A stretch of 64,000 nt of DNA from Lingula anatina. Taxonomy: Eukaryota > Animalia > Brachiopoda. Position 1 is the first letter of the stretch, and each line of letters begins with the position of its first letter. The DNA lies in NCBI GenBank assembly GCA_051362555.1, contig CM120646.1, forward strand, positions 17,794,001-17,858,000. Direction: 5' to 3'. The translations under genes and the position numbers were made by a program. Positions 62,192 through 64,000 of the stretch are shown in pieces. Below the pieces are notes generated by a model. It saw nothing but the letters and a program-made list of their open reading frames with translations. It made no database searches and was not told where the DNA came from.

Positions 62192-64000
62192 ATGCGGACG
62201 TGCAAGTAAGTAAACGATAAAAAACGTGTTGAATAGCCTATATTAATTTTTGCTTATGCACCCTTGAGTCCAGTATCGAAATCAGAGAGAGAAATAGACG
62301 ATTAACCGAGTCTCCAACTTTTCATTTCAGCGCCTTGGGTTACTTGCTTCTTGCCTGCGGGTTGCAGGTTGCGGCTGGCTTCTGGTGTACGGATTTCTTC
62401 CAGCCTTTCTTAAAAGTTTTAAACCGGGGGCCAGAGCAATGTGGTCTAGGCGAACAGGAGTTGGGCGTGTACGACCGCACCTTCACCCTAGTCATGGATG
62501 GAATCTTCCGAGGCTATGAACAGAATATTGACAGGTTTTTGAAGCACCACCAGTGCGCGGGAAGAGCAGAGTAAGCGTACTAATTGACATTACTTTCAGT
62601 AATCCATAATTGTTCGCAATAGGTGATAGTTTAATGGACTATATAAGACCGTACAAAACGTGACCAAAAGAAGCGGGGGAGGGGCAACTGAACTTTCATT
62701 GGTCTATTCACTTACAAGACCGCCTGTTTCAACGAAGGTTAAATACTGTTATCTGTGAAAATGTATTCTTTGTTTCTGACAATGTAAGGGGGGGGGGCAT
62801 TATTTCGTTGATCTCTATCAAATACCATCTATATAAGTAAGGGCAAGCATTGTTTCGAGTGGCTAAGGTATTATATTCAGTGTAATAATTACGATGCGGA
62901 CAATTTCACATAATCGAGCACCAATAACAGAAATTGAATGTTATATCTCCATTTCATTTTCAGTAACCAAAGCATTATTTTGGAAGGAAGACGTGCTATT
63001 CAGTTTCTTGAAACCGAATTCGGCCTGGACTTGTCTTCTGTCACTGACGCAGATATTTTGGACGGAAAAGTGCCGTTAGAAGGAGGGAAAATGTTGTTTC
63101 ACCCATTCACGTTTGATCCGGCTGGAAAGTACAGAGTAATATCAGGTATTGGTCCATTCTGGTTAGATCATCCTTTTCTATATGTTTTATTTTATTTTGA
63201 CCACGAGTTCTTCATGCGTAAAAATATATGGATTAAATTATTCTAAAATGATTTTCCGTAGAAAATTAACCATTGCTCTCATTAGTATACTCACCATGTG
63301 TTTTTTTATCTAAAAAAAATTTATAGTACTCGGTATTTTTGGTATTAAGAATTGTTCAACAGACTATATTTTGCTTTTTTAATCATATTTCAGAAACAAA
63401 AAGAGAAGGAGCAAGGCTTTTCAAGAATGCCCCCATCTCACATTCGGGTTGGGTAGTCGAGGTTTTTGAGCCGGTCACATTGAATGGTCCAAGGTTTTCC
63501 GGTACTTTGCAACCGTATGCCGCCATGTCTGCCGGGGAGTACGTAATACAGGTAACGTACACACGAGTCTACAATTTTGTATACTGCAATCAAGCTATTT
63601 TCATTATCTTCCGGTGAACGGAGTTCTACTGGGCAGAAGTAAACTGCGGAAACATTGTGAACCAAGTACATCTACTTGTCCAATAAAAAAAATAAGTTTC
63701 TGATTCCGCATCAAATACTGTATTTTAATTCTTAAGTTAAATTTTATTACAAGCCACTGTCAATGATGAATGATTATCACCAAGGGTATCACCACCAAAC
63801 CAACACTACGTTAGTAATTTCCTAGCATTTTTTTTTTAATTTCAGACTGCTTTCCCGGACCACAACGACGGCAAAATAGTCATTTCGTACGAGGCACAAG
63901 CCCCGGTGACAGTGGCGGGTGGACGTTACGTTGTTTTCGGTTTGGACGTCAACAGTGAGCAGTTTGGCGACGGCCAGTCCTATGGCATCTTTGAGACCAA
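62192..64000 (+). CDS. uncharacterised secreted protein, partial (5 exons visible, runs off the right edge)
   Basis: Exons 62192-62205, 62331-62570, 62964-63145, 63394-63551 and 63846->64000 join in frame with GT-AG boundaries. Signal peptide MRTCNALGYLLLACGLQVAAG, then FWCTDFFQP...RAIQFLETEFGLDLS...HPFTFDPAGKYRVIS...SGWVVEV...AGEYVIQ...IVISYEAQAP...SEQFGDGQSYGIFET. Confidence 0.85.

Overview
Eukaryotic, AT-rich animal genomic DNA with GT-AG introns, microsatellites and MITEs. The gene content looks lophotrochozoan or mollusc-like, which is inference. Five protein-coding genes could be read: (1) the first coding exon of a C2CD2L/TMEM24-like gene running off the left edge (-); (2) a complete 20-exon M1 aminopeptidase N-like gene (+, 5794-39459, ~979 aa); (3) an intronless class A GPCR nested antisense in intron 11 of that gene; (4) a 7-exon ZU5/UPA/death-domain (DTHD1-like) gene (-) converging on the aminopeptidase; (5) the 5' part of an uncharacterised secreted-protein gene at the right edge (+). 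There are also two identical tRNA-Arg(CCT) genes. The main unexpected signal is that much of the intronic and intergenic DNA, translated by hand across stops and frameshifts, gives leucine-rich-repeat, LRR-CT, transmembrane and TIR-like motifs in the order expected of Toll-like receptors. About a dozen such decayed copies appear on both strands, and both tRNA genes seem to lie inside them. These relic calls come from motif recognition by eye and need a translated HMM search to confirm.
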